Below, piece by piece: positions 39,255 to 48,217 of a stretch of 64,000 nt of DNA (within the stretch, counting starts at the first letter, position 1; every line of letters starts with the position of its first letter). A program made the translations under genes and the position numbers. This DNA is from a virus. Its lineage: Duplodnaviria > Heunggongvirae > Uroviricota > Caudoviricetes. The stretch covers positions 239,223-303,222 of IMG/VR virus record IMGVR_UViG_3300000976_000008, one strand, 5' to 3'. The notes under the pieces are model-generated. The model was given only the letters and a program-made list of their open reading frames with translations, was not told the origin of the DNA and did no database searches.

Positions 39255-40298
39255 TCATTCAGCACAACCAAGTACATAATCGCAGAATTGATTGGCCATT
39301 ATCTTCAGTGCACGACTCTTATCTATTTTGCCACCCCAGGATACTTTGATAATTCTTTCCAACAATTCATCTGAAAAATATTCAGGAACTTGCTCAGAAG
39401 TTATCTTCTTCTTAATAAGTTGAAGACCGGCCTTTTGAAACCACCCAGTATACGCAGCCATTGGTTTAGTAAGTCTCAAATTATGATCTAATTTGAGAGA
39501 TCTTTGAGCCATTTCATCAGGCGTCAGAGCAAGATGGATATACGCTCTATTGCATTGTTCATATAGATGACTACCATGCTTCGCAGTCCAAGGATGGCAT
39601 CTGCAGAATATTTTTCCACCTGGGGAAAGTAGTTTCCGCAAGTTCTTGAGGACTTCGGACGGATCTTCTGTTTCTAAATGATCAAGAACATCATATAGTA
39701 TTATGTAATCATATGGACCATTTGAGATCAGTTCATTCGGATCGGTGGTCAATTTCAGATTGTCTAATCTTGGGTCGACCCAAGATTTGTGAATATCGAA
39801 ACCGACAACTTTGGCCGCTTTAGTAGCCATTTCTGCAGATACATGACCTTCATAACATCCATAATCAAGAACATTGGAACCATTCAAATTGAATCCAAAT
39901 GTTTGTTCGATAATGCCTACTACATGTATTGCTCTGAATTGTTTCTCAGAATCGTCTGCATCTGCTGGAGTGATAAGATGCGGCTCAATTGCTAGAGGCC
40001 AATTTGCATCATCAACATTAGGAGTGTCACCTAGTTCAGATGCCGGTAGGCTAACTGCTGAAAGACCCCGGTTCTTTTGCGGAGCAGAAGGAGAAGCTGC
40101 CGTCGTCGAGGATGCTTTCGTAGGTTGGGATGTGCTTGACGATATGTTCGATGTTCGAGAGGTATTGCTTTTCCTCGAAGATGTAGTCGTCTTTCCACTG
40201 GACATGTCTTGGATCAAGGATCTGAGGGTCCCGCAGGTTCCTTCGATCCTGTCGATAGCTTCTAGGACCAGTGCTGTCTTTTCTTCGTTGGTTAGCAT
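39255..40298 (-). CDS. Class I SAM-dependent methyltransferase with low-complexity N-terminal linker
   Basis: VLDYGCYEG, VVGFDI, YDYIILYDVLDH, LLSPGGKIF; start uncertain. Confidence 0.85.
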   Translation of the reverse strand: MLTNEEKTALVLEAIDRIEGTCGTLRSLIQDMSSGKTTTSSRKSNTSRTSNISSSTSQPTKASSTTAASPSAPQKNRGLSAVSLPASELGDTPNVDDANWPLAIEPHLITPADADDSEKQFRAIHVVGIIEQTFGFNLNGSNVLDYGCYEGHVSAEMATKAAKVVGFDIHKSWVDPRLDNLKLTTDPNELISNGPYDYIILYDVLDHLETEDPSEVLKNLRKLLSPGGKIFCRCHPWTAKHGSHLYEQCNRAYIHLALTPDEMAQRSLKLDHNLRLTKPMAAYTGWFQKAGLQLIKKKITSEQVPEYFSDELLERIIKVSWGGKIDKSRALKIMANQFCDYVLGCAE

Positions 40299-40675
40299 CT
40301 TCTTGTATACCTTCTGCTGACATACATGATCAATACCACGACTATCAAAGTGTTCAGCACACCGTTGAATATCTGTTGGATCAGTGATCAGTTTAGGGAG
40401 TGGGTGCGACTCTACGATCATGCCAGCGAGCAATTGTGCAAAAATTGAAAGCAAAACCAACTCTGAAATGTGCTACAGGCACGCCATCATCAGTAAGATT
40501 GACATCTACAATACAATCGGCAAGATCCATTTCAAATACTGGTGGAACTTCGAATCTTCAAGAGAATACTTTTTCTTGAAACAGTTGATATCAATGATTG
40601 AGTGATTCTCAGTCTGTATCTCTTGCAAGATCGATGAGAGTGTAGGTCGGTCGTGATTACCTGGAAGATGAGTCA

Positions 40676-41179
40676 TTAGTGTGTTCCTATTTTACCTTTA
40701 CATTCGGTAAATTCGTTTATAGTGTTTTTGACTTTTTCAGCTAAAACTTTGGTGCAATTATTGATATCTAGTGCACAATAGACGCCTTCGCAAATTACTC
40801 TAGCATTGTAGGGTTTCCATATATGGCGAGAATCAGCCCCATAAGAGACTTGACATTTGATATGCGGGATGCCGTCGTATTTTTGAGCAAACTCGAAGCT
40901 ACAATCATTTGTTTCACTTCGTATACAAAGACTAACTTCTAGCTTTATATATTTTTTAGGTTTTTGTGCTTTATACCGCTTTAATCCTAACAGAGCATCC
41001 AAACTACCATTAGTATTGGCCATGAAGATTGTGACCAAGCCGTTTGACGGAGTAATACCACCTTTGGTCACTTTGAATCTGTCAGGTCCAGTTGCAAAAA
41101 TCGCTTCCAAATCCTCAACAAGTAAATCAGTTACGGCCCTTGAGAGTTCAGGATCATTTATTCGGTATGGCGGAGTCAT
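40676..41179 (-). CDS. Hypothetical protein
   Basis: 167 aa ORF. Confidence 0.75.
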   Translation of the reverse strand: MTPPYRINDPELSRAVTDLLVEDLEAIFATGPDRFKVTKGGITPSNGLVTIFMANTNGSLDALLGLKRYKAQKPKKYIKLEVSLCIRSETNDCSFEFAQKYDGIPHIKCQVSYGADSRHIWKPYNARVICEGVYCALDINNCTKVLAEKVKNTINEFTECKGKIGTH

Positions 41180-41510
41180 TTATGAATTCTGCTGTTTTAA
41201 CCAAATCTTCTTTCAATACACCTGTCATGGTGCATATTACAAGCAAGGCATCATCAGTTAACAGAGTCCAAACTTTATCTTCCCAAATCACGTAGGTTTT
41301 GTAATTTTCTTTGGCCAGTACACTGATGCTGATGAATTCTGAATCTGGTTCCTGAATTTCACCATCGACGAATTCAACTATTGCGTATTTTGAACCGCCA
41401 GAATTTATTCTTCTACTTCGAACAACTTTGTAGAGTTTAGTATTTGTGAAAGTTTCTAGATCGAAATCCAGAGAATTTACAGGTTTTTCTTCGCATATAC
41501 CGATGATCAT
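41154..41510 (-). CDS. Hypothetical protein
   Basis: 118 aa ORF. Confidence 0.7.
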   Translation of the reverse strand: MIIGICEEKPVNSLDFDLETFTNTKLYKVVRSRRINSGGSKYAIVEFVDGEIQEPDSEFISISVLAKENYKTYVIWEDKVWTLLTDDALLVICTMTGVLKEDLVKTAEFINDSAIPNK

Positions 41511-41702
41511 TGAGAATTACTCATTTCTATATGTAAAATACACTGAGTATTATCTGTCTGGACAGACCACCTCCTGTTCTTGGAATGTGGTTGAAACAAT
41601 CGAAGGATTGTTCCGCGACCGGAAGAACGGTCGTCTTGCACGAGCAACAAGCTCTACACTATTTTAACAATCAGACGAGGGTTCTAGGAATACTAGCCCA
41701 CA

Positions 41703-41729
41703 TTAACAACGACGTTCTTCTAGCAACAA
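41703..41729 (+). promoter_or_regulatory. Class I promoter motif
   Basis: TTAAC-N13-TAGCAACAA, 6 nt before ATG 41736. Confidence 0.7.
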
Positions 41730-41735
41730 AAGAGC

Positions 41736-42545
41736 ATGGCAAGTAATCTACCATTATGGGATGATGAATGGCATGACAGGGTTAATCCTGTCATGCGAAC
41801 CGTTTGCGGTGCATATAATCTCAGACCGAGAAATTTGCGAACTTTTCAGAGATCTTATAGCATTTTCTTTCACGGTCATCAAATTATTGTTGACGGAAAT
41901 GGTCTGAAAGATGCAAACCCATATATGGAAGTATCTTACTTAGGATTCACAAATCCAAGGGGTGGTAGTGGGATTGGTGGAATAAGACATAATGAAGTAG
42001 ATTTCCAGAATTTCAAAGTAAATGACAAGTACAAATTCGAAGTCAGTGATCCAAATGGGATCATAGGACTCGACGATTTTTTCGCAAAGTGGCATATACC
42101 AATTCTGTATTATACAGAATATGAGGGTCGAAAAGACCATCCAAATCATGTAGAATTGCAAGACCTTCACAAATCAAGAGAATATGCTGCAAGTCTCGCC
42201 ATCCATTACAAAGACGTCTTCGTCCGACCAGCCTCTTATACAGAGATAAGAAAAGTAGCGATGGGTTGCTTAGCTATTTGGGCAGATGCTCAAATAGAAC
42301 AATACGGCTGCTGGCGACGATGCCACTTAATAGGTGGATTGGGTTCGAGAATCCAGCAGAACATCTCCAGCGATATCTGGAATGGCGGATTTAAGACTGT
42401 AATCCAATTTATGCGAGCGTTCTTATCCGACGACAATAAGACGGGATACAAGGACTCACGACCCGCTGATTACAAAGAATTGGGTTATAGAAAACCCAAA
42501 TTCGAAAACATCCCTGATCAATATATCGAACTCTTCCAGGACTAA
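41736..42545 (+). CDS. Hypothetical with family A domain (possibly leaderless)
   Basis: FEVSDPNGIIGL. Confidence 0.8.
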   Translation: MASNLPLWDDEWHDRVNPVMRTVCGAYNLRPRNLRTFQRSYSIFFHGHQIIVDGNGLKDANPYMEVSYLGFTNPRGGSGIGGIRHNEVDFQNFKVNDKYKFEVSDPNGIIGLDDFFAKWHIPILYYTEYEGRKDHPNHVELQDLHKSREYAASLAIHYKDVFVRPASYTEIRKVAMGCLAIWADAQIEQYGCWRRCHLIGGLGSRIQQNISSDIWNGGFKTVIQFMRAFLSDDNKTGYKDSRPADYKELGYRKPKFENIPDQYIELFQD

Positions 42546-42847
42546 ATATCTTCCTTGTCAACTAATTGATCATTGTGAAGATAATAACGCTTGCGACAAT
42601 ATTTGCAGATATCGGTATTCTTACCTTTAATCTTCTGCTTGTTCCAGTTGCCGTTGCCATCTCTTCTGACATGCCCCATATTGGTGCAAATATCGTCAAT
42701 AGTTTCCCACTTTACGGGCTTGGGTGGAAGTCCCGACCAAACATGATTTTTGACTGGAATTTCTGAGATCGCTTTCTCGATAACAGTGACGATCCCATCT
42801 ATACATTCGTCATCATCAATATCGAATATTAGCGTTACCTGTCGCAT
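42542..42847 (-). CDS. Hypothetical protein
   Basis: 101 aa ORF. Confidence 0.7.
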   Translation of the reverse strand: MRQVTLIFDIDDDECIDGIVTVIEKAISEIPVKNHVWSGLPPKPVKWETIDDICTNMGHVRRDGNGNWNKQKIKGKNTDICKYCRKRYYLHNDQLVDKEDI

Positions 42848-43248
42848 TGATGTAAACCGTTCTCATGGAAGTATTTGTTTCTCTTGCGAAACAAAATTTT
42901 GCCACCTTTGGATCTTTTAGCCCAAAAGCCCCATTTTCTGCGTTCAGGACCTGTGATCATCAGAGTCCAGCAGCCACCTTCATTTACCTTTACGGTATGT
43001 TTGTGTTCTGCTTTAAAGCTCTTAATTGATCCTCTTTTTAATACGGTGTCACCTTCTGGGCTTTGATCAGTATATCCGCCTTTGAGGACGATTGTTGTAT
43101 AATCCCAGGGATGATCGTGCGGTGCCCTATCGTCATCGCTGGCTAACCAGTGATGTAGGCGTAGTGAGAATCATCCGAATTCTAGACACCATCGACGAAG
43201 GTAAACACCGTCGACGCATTTAAGTTCTTGACCCCAGATTATCTTCAT
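42835..43248 (-). CDS. Phage cupin-like protein with one in-frame UGA (codon 26, 43171-43173): readthrough gene or recent pseudogene
   Basis: MKIIWG...YLRRWCLEFG*FSLRLHHWLASDDDRAPHDHPW...LKGGY...HKHTV...WTLMITGPERRKWGFW; ATGA-coupled start. Confidence 0.8.
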
Positions 43249-43412
43249 CTCTTCCTCTTCTTGTTCCGTTTGTTCTTACGTTTCTTTTGTTTGAGTTCTA
43301 CTGGTTCCAATCCCTCACATAAAGGACATTCTTCGTAAGAACTACCATAATCTCCATAAATCGTTGGCGAGTGTATGACTCCTCTTCCCTCGCATTTCGC
43401 ACATTTTGGCAT
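43245..43412 (-). CDS. Small Zn-finger protein with basic tail (55 aa)
   Basis: MPKCAKCEGRG...CPLCEGL...KKRKNKRNKKRKR. Confidence 0.7.
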   Translation of the reverse strand: MPKCAKCEGRGVIHSPTIYGDYGSSYEECPLCEGLEPVELKQKKRKNKRNKKRKR

Positions 43413-43539
43413 TGTTTGTCTTTATCATGATCAGTCCCTCACAAGGACAAGTGAGAATTACGCTACCATACGTGGCAGGTGGTGGATCTCTCTTTACAAG
43501 CTCACCTCTACCATCGCATATCGTGCATTCAAGAGCCAT
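43342..43539 (-). CDS. Small Zn-finger protein
   Basis: MALECTICDGRG...CPCEGL; TAATG overlap. Confidence 0.65.
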   Translation of the reverse strand: MALECTICDGRGELVKRDPPPATYGSVILTCPCEGLIMIKTNNAKMCEMRGKRSHTLANDLWRLW

Positions 43540-43709
43540 TATCCACATTTCCCGTTGCAAGCGGTAGAGCAGAGAGTGCAAGATTCTACTTGTAATCTTC
43601 TACGATGATCATAGTAACAAGATTTCGAACAGTAGTCAGTTGCATCTTCTCTGTTCTTCTTCCAATCGCACTTAGGATTCTTACAATTATTCGGGCCAGT
43701 TTTGTGCAT
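43539..43709 (-). CDS. Small Cys-rich protein (56 aa)
   Basis: CKNPKC...YCSKSC...CTLCSTACNGKC. Confidence 0.65.
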   Translation of the reverse strand: MHKTGPNNCKNPKCDWKKNREDATDYCSKSCYYDHRRRLQVESCTLCSTACNGKCG

Positions 43710-43717
43710 ATGTTGTC

Positions 43718-43942
43718 CTAATCGCGGCGTACTAGAAAAACACGGTCCTCTTCACGTTTCGCAATTCGCCAATTCCCTGGCGGTATGGGAATTCTGATGT
43801 CTTCCCAGTTTGCAGAATCGTTAGTGTCTCCGATTAGCACATTAGATTTGTTGCTAACTGAGAGATTCCCATATTTTGCAGGAACGTATGGTGAATATGA
43901 AGTAACTTTCTCTGATGGTGTGCTCATAACGTTCCAAAACAT
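43718..43942 (-). CDS. Hypothetical protein
   Basis: Short ORF, start uncertain. Confidence 0.6.
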   Translation of the reverse strand: MFWNVMSTPSEKVTSYSPYVPAKYGNLSVSNKSNVLIGDTNDSANWEDIRIPIPPGNWRIAKREEDRVFLVRRD

Positions 43943-44056
43943 TTCGAATAATTAGGTGCACGTTTTCAGCAAATTGACCGTATTGTTCTTTTTGACAGGC
44001 AACCGACAGTGAAACCGGTGCCGCTTTTAACAGTCTTTTTGACAGAGGAACGACGA

Positions 44057-44410
44057 ATGAGTGTTGCAGAATTGGCTTATGTTGCTGAAACAACCCGCAA
44101 AGACCGAGCACACAATATTGCTATTGCGATATTGAAGCTGAAGGATGGGGAGAATCATGGTGCTAGGACTCGCATGATCAGGAGAGTTATCCGAGAAGAG
44201 TTGGGACTGCCAATTCTTGAGGGTGAAGCGATGAATGGTGACCTCAGAGCACATGGAGATGCTCTCGGAAAGCACGAATTGTTCCTCGATGTTCTGAGAA
44301 AGACGGTTCAAGGAAAAACTGAGCGAGTAGTGATGTTCACTGAAGAGAACGTCAAAAAGTGCGAAGAATACCTTGAGAAGAACGGCGAAGATCAAGAGAA
44401 GATTCTCTAG
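44057..44410 (+). CDS. Hypothetical protein
   Basis: GAGG RBS, ATG 44057. Confidence 0.75.
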   Translation: MSVAELAYVAETTRKDRAHNIAIAILKLKDGENHGARTRMIRRVIREELGLPILEGEAMNGDLRAHGDALGKHELFLDVLRKTVQGKTERVVMFTEENVKKCEEYLEKNGEDQEKIL

Positions 44411-44435
44411 TTCTAAGACGGCACGGATGCCGGTG

Positions 44436-44485
44436 GGGGAGGTTCATAGGCTCATCATATGAACCTCCCCTTTCCTTTCTTTTAT
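44436..44485 (+). terminator. Intrinsic terminator
   Basis: GGGGAGGTTCATA-N9-TATGAACCTCCCC followed by T-rich tract. Confidence 0.7.
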
Positions 44486-44490
44486 TTAAA

Positions 44491-44658
44491 TCCGCGACCT
44501 GGGACTCGAACCGCAGGATCTCCCCCATGTTATCACTCCTAGCTCTGACGTTGCAATCATCAGAATTCGGTGTGGCAAATTGGATCGTAAAGCCTAACGT
44601 ACGCTGCTTCACGTTCCTCTCCGCTGGGCGGTGCTTTAACCAACTAAGCTAGTCGCGG
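44491..44658 (-). ncRNA. tRNA-like RNA with about 97-nt insertion in the anticodon arm
   Basis: Acceptor CCGCGAC/GTCGCGG-A, D arm TAGCTTAGTTGGTTAAAGC, T loop GGTTCGAGTCC. Confidence 0.75.
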
Positions 44659-44898
44659 GTGGCGAGCTGCCTACAGAGCAGACAACTCTAAGTTTCGAAT
44701 TAAGTCTCCCTACACCTACTTGGGACTATGGTCTGTGGGACCGTGTGCCTTAGGGGTTTCGGTCAAAATGGTTGGCTTCACACCTTTTGGGTCGATCCAC
44801 CAACCATCATCTACCTTAAATTTCCCATCATGGGCAGAGGTAATCCACTTTCTCGCGAAAGCGGTCACGATTATGCCATCCGTTGCACTATCCCGTTC

Positions 44899-45324
44899 TT
44901 AATTCGAGTAAAACTCCTCCAATTCCAGGATGATCGCATTGAGATTATCCGGGATATCGACTTCTTGCACATTCTGGATGCAATCTGCTGGCCGACGACA
45001 GATCTGGTATTGTTTAAGAACGTGCAAGTAAAGATTCTTGTAACGAGATTCTTTACAATTGATTCTCCGGAATCCGAGACCATAGAACTCCTTCTTGTCT
45101 AGCTTATGCATGCCAGATTCGATGAAGTTCTTCGGTGCCTTGGGTTCATTACCAGAGCGGTTCTGAGGCTGCTTGCGAACCCACCGCAAGTACGCCTTAC
45201 ATTCGACATAGGCTCGGAGAAGAAGCTTGTGAGCCTTCTTCAACTTGAGATATGTCTCATAATCGCATGGGTGGTATCCAAAACGGCCTTCAGTGATAGT
45301 ATTAGTAGTTGTTGCAGTCTTCAT
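44899..45324 (-). CDS. Hypothetical protein downstream of Pth2-like gene and leader ORF
   Basis: GGAG RBS; FGYHPCDYETYLKLK. Confidence 0.85.
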   Translation of the reverse strand: MKTATTTNTITEGRFGYHPCDYETYLKLKKAHKLLLRAYVECKAYLRWVRKQPQNRSGNEPKAPKNFIESGMHKLDKKEFYGLGFRRINCKESRYKNLYLHVLKQYQICRRPADCIQNVQEVDIPDNLNAIILELEEFYSN

Positions 45325-45395
45325 TAGTATCTCCAGGATTGATTTTTACAGCGATTTTAATTAAAGTTGAATCAATGAATCTCAAACTAGAGAAA

Positions 45396-45425
45396 CTAAG
45401 GCGGGTCTCTACAAGGTCATAGCAT
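45396..45425 (-). other. Putative leader mini-ORF ML*PCRDPP* (UGA at codon 3)
   Basis: AGGA-N8-ATG CTA TGA CCT TGT AGA GAC CCG CCT TAG. Confidence 0.45.
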
Positions 45426-45429
45426 AATA

Positions 45430-45792
45430 CTATCCTTTCACCAATTGGAGCCTACGGAATAGGCGTCGATCGTCGCCTTTAATGGGTGCGGTTGCGAGTG
45501 CTGTCAATTCATTATCGCGGTCTGGTTCGTAGAATTTCTCGAACCGAATACCGGATGATTGCAGTTTCTCAGCCTGGGCATGAAGTGCGTCTTCATGCTT
45601 GACATGGCACAACACCAAATGAGGGTGTGGCGTGTCTGGAGCGATTCCGCCGCGTCTAGAAATCTCGATTGCGGCGTGGATTCCCTGCACAGCTTGTTGT
45701 GCGGGAGTTAGATCTTTTCGGGTGATCACGTATACGTGTCCACCGTACTCTTCATCAACTGGAAGTCACAGGTCTTTAGTTTGTGTCAGCAT
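45430..45792 (-). CDS. Pth2-like peptidyl-tRNA hydrolase with in-frame UGA at codon 9 (45766-45768)
   Basis: MLTQTKDL*LPVDEEYGGHVYVITRKDLTPAQQAVQGIHAA...FYEPDRDNELTALA; AAGGA RBS before ATG 45792. Confidence 0.8.
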
Positions 45793-45807
45793 GTCTTTTT
45801 CCTTCTC

Positions 45808-45843
45808 TACCTTAAATACGTTTGGATTGTTTCGAAGAAACAT
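45808..45843 (-). promoter_or_regulatory. Class II promoter-like motif ATGTTTCTTC-N10-AAACGTATTTAAGGTA
   Basis: Both blocks identical to 60768-60803; variant at 46001-46028. Confidence 0.65.
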
Positions 45844-45994
45844 TGTCAAGAAATTCGCTCAAGGGCATTACTTTGGAGCCTTGATCCACCAATTGTTGAA
45901 ATGTCAACCGTTCCTTTCGGGCCTCGCTACGAATCTTTTCTATTCGAGCTTGTTCCTTTTCTGAACGTTTGAAATCTCGGTGTATTCTTGCCAT
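45812..45994 (-). CDS. Small basic hypothetical protein
   Basis: MARIHRDFKR... after class II motif. Confidence 0.6.
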   Translation of the reverse strand: MARIHRDFKRSEKEQARIEKIRSEARKERLTFQQLVDQGSKVMPLSEFLDNVSSKQSKRI

Positions 45995-46011
45995 CTGTAT
46001 CTTAAATACAT

Positions 46012-46391
46012 TTAGATTTGGCGGAAGATTACTCATAATATTTATATGAGATTGGCATGACTCCAACTAAATTCATAACCAATTTATCATCTCTATCAAC
46101 AGATAATCCTAGGCCATTACCAGGATCACCCATTGTGGCAGAATCGTTATTTTCAGGCCATTTAGTTGGAGGCCCTTGAAGTTCATATTCACAAATTTCA
46201 GGATCAGAAATTTCAGGATCTTCAATAGTTATCGTTAAAAAATGTCTACCTTGAATCTGTTCGTATTCAAGATATTCATGAGTAACTCCAAAACTGGTTT
46301 CATAATCACCAGTAGCACTGAAACTTTCAGAAATCAAATTCAATTTCATATGTCACCTAACCTGTGTTAGATTAGATTTGGCGGAAGATTA
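46012..46391. repeat. 20-bp direct repeat flanking ORF 46029..46349
   Basis: ttagatttggcggaagatta at 46012-46031 and 46372-46391. Confidence 0.85.
46029..46349 (-). CDS. Acidic hypothetical protein, N-term MKLNLISES
   Basis: AGGTG RBS. Confidence 0.75.
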   Translation of the reverse strand: MKLNLISESFSATGDYETSFGVTHEYLEYEQIQGRHFLTITIEDPEISDPEICEYELQGPPTKWPENNDSATMGDPGNGLGLSVDRDDKLVMNLVGVMPISYKYYE

Positions 46392-46417
46392 TCCTTCTAA
46401 TTGTGTCGATTGTTAAT

Positions 46418-46702
46418 TTAGATGTGAGAAATATAAAAACTTTCATGTCCATCCTGTTCGATTTCAAACTGATCAGAAAGGTCTGTCAGAAATTCGATAA
46501 CTTCATCTCCGTCCCATTCACGTTCCCCAAAAACACTATGTCCTGCTGAACCAGCATAAAGATGTGCAGCAGAAGCTTCTCCATTCGTATCTTGTATTAC
46601 TTGCTTTATTGCAGCATTTGCCCATGCTATGAATCGTCTTTTCTCTGCTTGTGGATCTGGCTTGTTTAGGGCATGAGTTAATCTATTTTCGAATACATTC
46701 AT
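46418..46702 (-). CDS. Hypothetical protein
   Basis: 94 aa, own promoter. Confidence 0.75.
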   Translation of the reverse strand: MNVFENRLTHALNKPDPQAEKRRFIAWANAAIKQVIQDTNGEASAAHLYAGSAGHSVFGEREWDGDEVIEFLTDLSDQFEIEQDGHESFYISHI

Positions 46703-46746
46703 GACAATATCTCTCGGCGAAAGAAGAGGAGGAATTCATCTACATT

Positions 46747-46773
46747 CTGTTGTGAAAAGCAGATTCCTGTTAA
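46747..46773 (-). promoter_or_regulatory. Class I promoter motif (variant)
   Basis: TTAAC-N13-TCACAACAG. Confidence 0.6.
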
Positions 46774-46779
46774 ATCAGA

Positions 46780-47292
46780 TCATTTTGGCCAACTATCCAT
46801 AAATTCGTCAGCCTTACACCATCCCTGTATAGGGTAGGATTTGATTCCGTCCTTTGTATCTTCAATTCGGATCATCTTTTGACCCACACCGAATTCGATT
46901 ATTGATCCTCGACGCCTCATCCCATGGATCATTGTGCAAGCACTACCGAAAGCAGTCATAATCGGTGTCTCAAATGGTAATTTGTTTACGACACCTATAG
47001 GGATGGTTCTTTCTAATTCGGAGAAACTTTCGAAATCATGCATTATCTGGCTGATTTCTAGTTTATCCTCTACTCGAATCATAGTCGCTCTGGCTTGCTC
47101 GTAATCTTGACGGAGTGGGTTACACTTCCACCCATTCCACCCCCAAGCCATCATGCTGCCAGTGCAACCATCTGTTTTACATTTTCGTTGGTCTTCGTAT
47201 GGCTCATCAGTATGAAGTGCCTCAAAACCACAACCCCAGCATTTCAAGACGTCTTTCTTAAAATGCTCGACTTCTCTTGAATCAAATGCCAT
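46780..47292 (-). CDS. Hypothetical Zn-ribbon protein
   Basis: CWGC...CKTDGC; TAATG overlap. Confidence 0.75.
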   Translation of the reverse strand: MAFDSREVEHFKKDVLKCWGCGFEALHTDEPYEDQRKCKTDGCTGSMMAWGWNGWKCNPLRQDYEQARATMIRVEDKLEISQIMHDFESFSELERTIPIGVVNKLPFETPIMTAFGSACTMIHGMRRRGSIIEFGVGQKMIRIEDTKDGIKSYPIQGWCKADEFMDSWPK

Positions 47293-47711
47293 TAGTTCTC
47301 GCGTGTGATTGCTGCTGGGTCGACTTGGAGCTTGTCTATGTAGGTTTGGAATTGTGCTGCGGATACTGATCGCAGTTGTTGAAGTTCCCAAGTCTTGGAA
47401 TCTGGATTGGTTGGTTTGAATTGCCCACTCCACATAGTGCAGGAGACTGTTGCCTTCTTACCAATCTCCATGTTGATTTCAACGGCTTTGACAGTTGAGA
47501 TCCATTCGCCTTTTTCGTTGAGGACGAGAAGTTGCCCTGGTTTTGCGTCGCACACGATCATGAAGACTGATTTGCCTGTTGATATGGTGGACTTCTGAGT
47601 TGATGTTGGAGTCTTTGTCGCTGTCTTCTCTTGTGCGGCTACAGTGGTGAATTGTGAAAGAAGAACTGATGCGAGAATGACTGCGGAACAAACGACTGCT
47701 AGCTTCTTCAT
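47292..47711 (-). CDS. Secreted hypothetical protein
   Basis: Signal peptide MKKLAVVCSAVILASVLLSQFTTVAAQ; AGGAG RBS. Confidence 0.8.
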   Translation of the reverse strand: MKKLAVVCSAVILASVLLSQFTTVAAQEKTATKTPTSTQKSTISTGKSVFMIVCDAKPGQLLVLNEKGEWISTVKAVEINMEIGKKATVSCTMWSGQFKPTNPDSKTWELQQLRSVSAAQFQTYIDKLQVDPAAITREN

Positions 47712-48217
47712 GAGAGGCTCCTGGGATAGAATTGGTTCAGAGATCAAATACGTGAAAGGCTCGCAGCAAATTATCACTGCGAGCCTTTCTAGCATTATTG
47801 GGCGGGGATCATGGAGCCTTCATGTTGATTATCTTTGGCTCTTACCCCTATAACATTCTCTTTTATTTTCTTTTTATTTGAAACTTTTCTTTTCTTGGTC
47901 TCTTTGACTTGCTCTTGGTCTCTTTGACTTCTCTCAGCGTCTCTGTCTCTCTAAGATACTTTCCCAAACTTCTTTCTGCGAGATGTCGGCCATCCAGAAG
48001 TTTGAGAGGCGGGGTCATAGGGCACTCTGGCCATTCAGCCGCTTAGTGTGCCCTCACCCTTTTATACCTTCACGGGTGGGTGGTGCTCTCGTTCTCATTT
48101 AGTAAGCCTCGCAATTCATTAATGCCTAAGTTCTAATGAGTCATCAGCCCGGCGATCACAGTATCACCCCGAACCTCGTCGCCGCCGTAGCGGACTTCCA
48201 CACTTCGAATACATGAG

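Noticed and set aside
40460-40676. Stop readthrough extending the methyltransferase upstream
   Set aside because: Needs two TAGs (no amber tRNA seen); TGAs in the alternative frame are explained by NNT-GAN codons of a short ORF.
44491-44658. tmRNA or group I intron
   Set aside because: Has a D stem, no G3.U70, no stop-terminated tag frame; insert too short and lacks P/Q/R/S elements.
48085-48150. Hammerhead ribozyme (CUGAUGA at 48141-48147)
   Set aside because: Stem II is followed by AACG rather than GAAA, and stems I/III could not be built.
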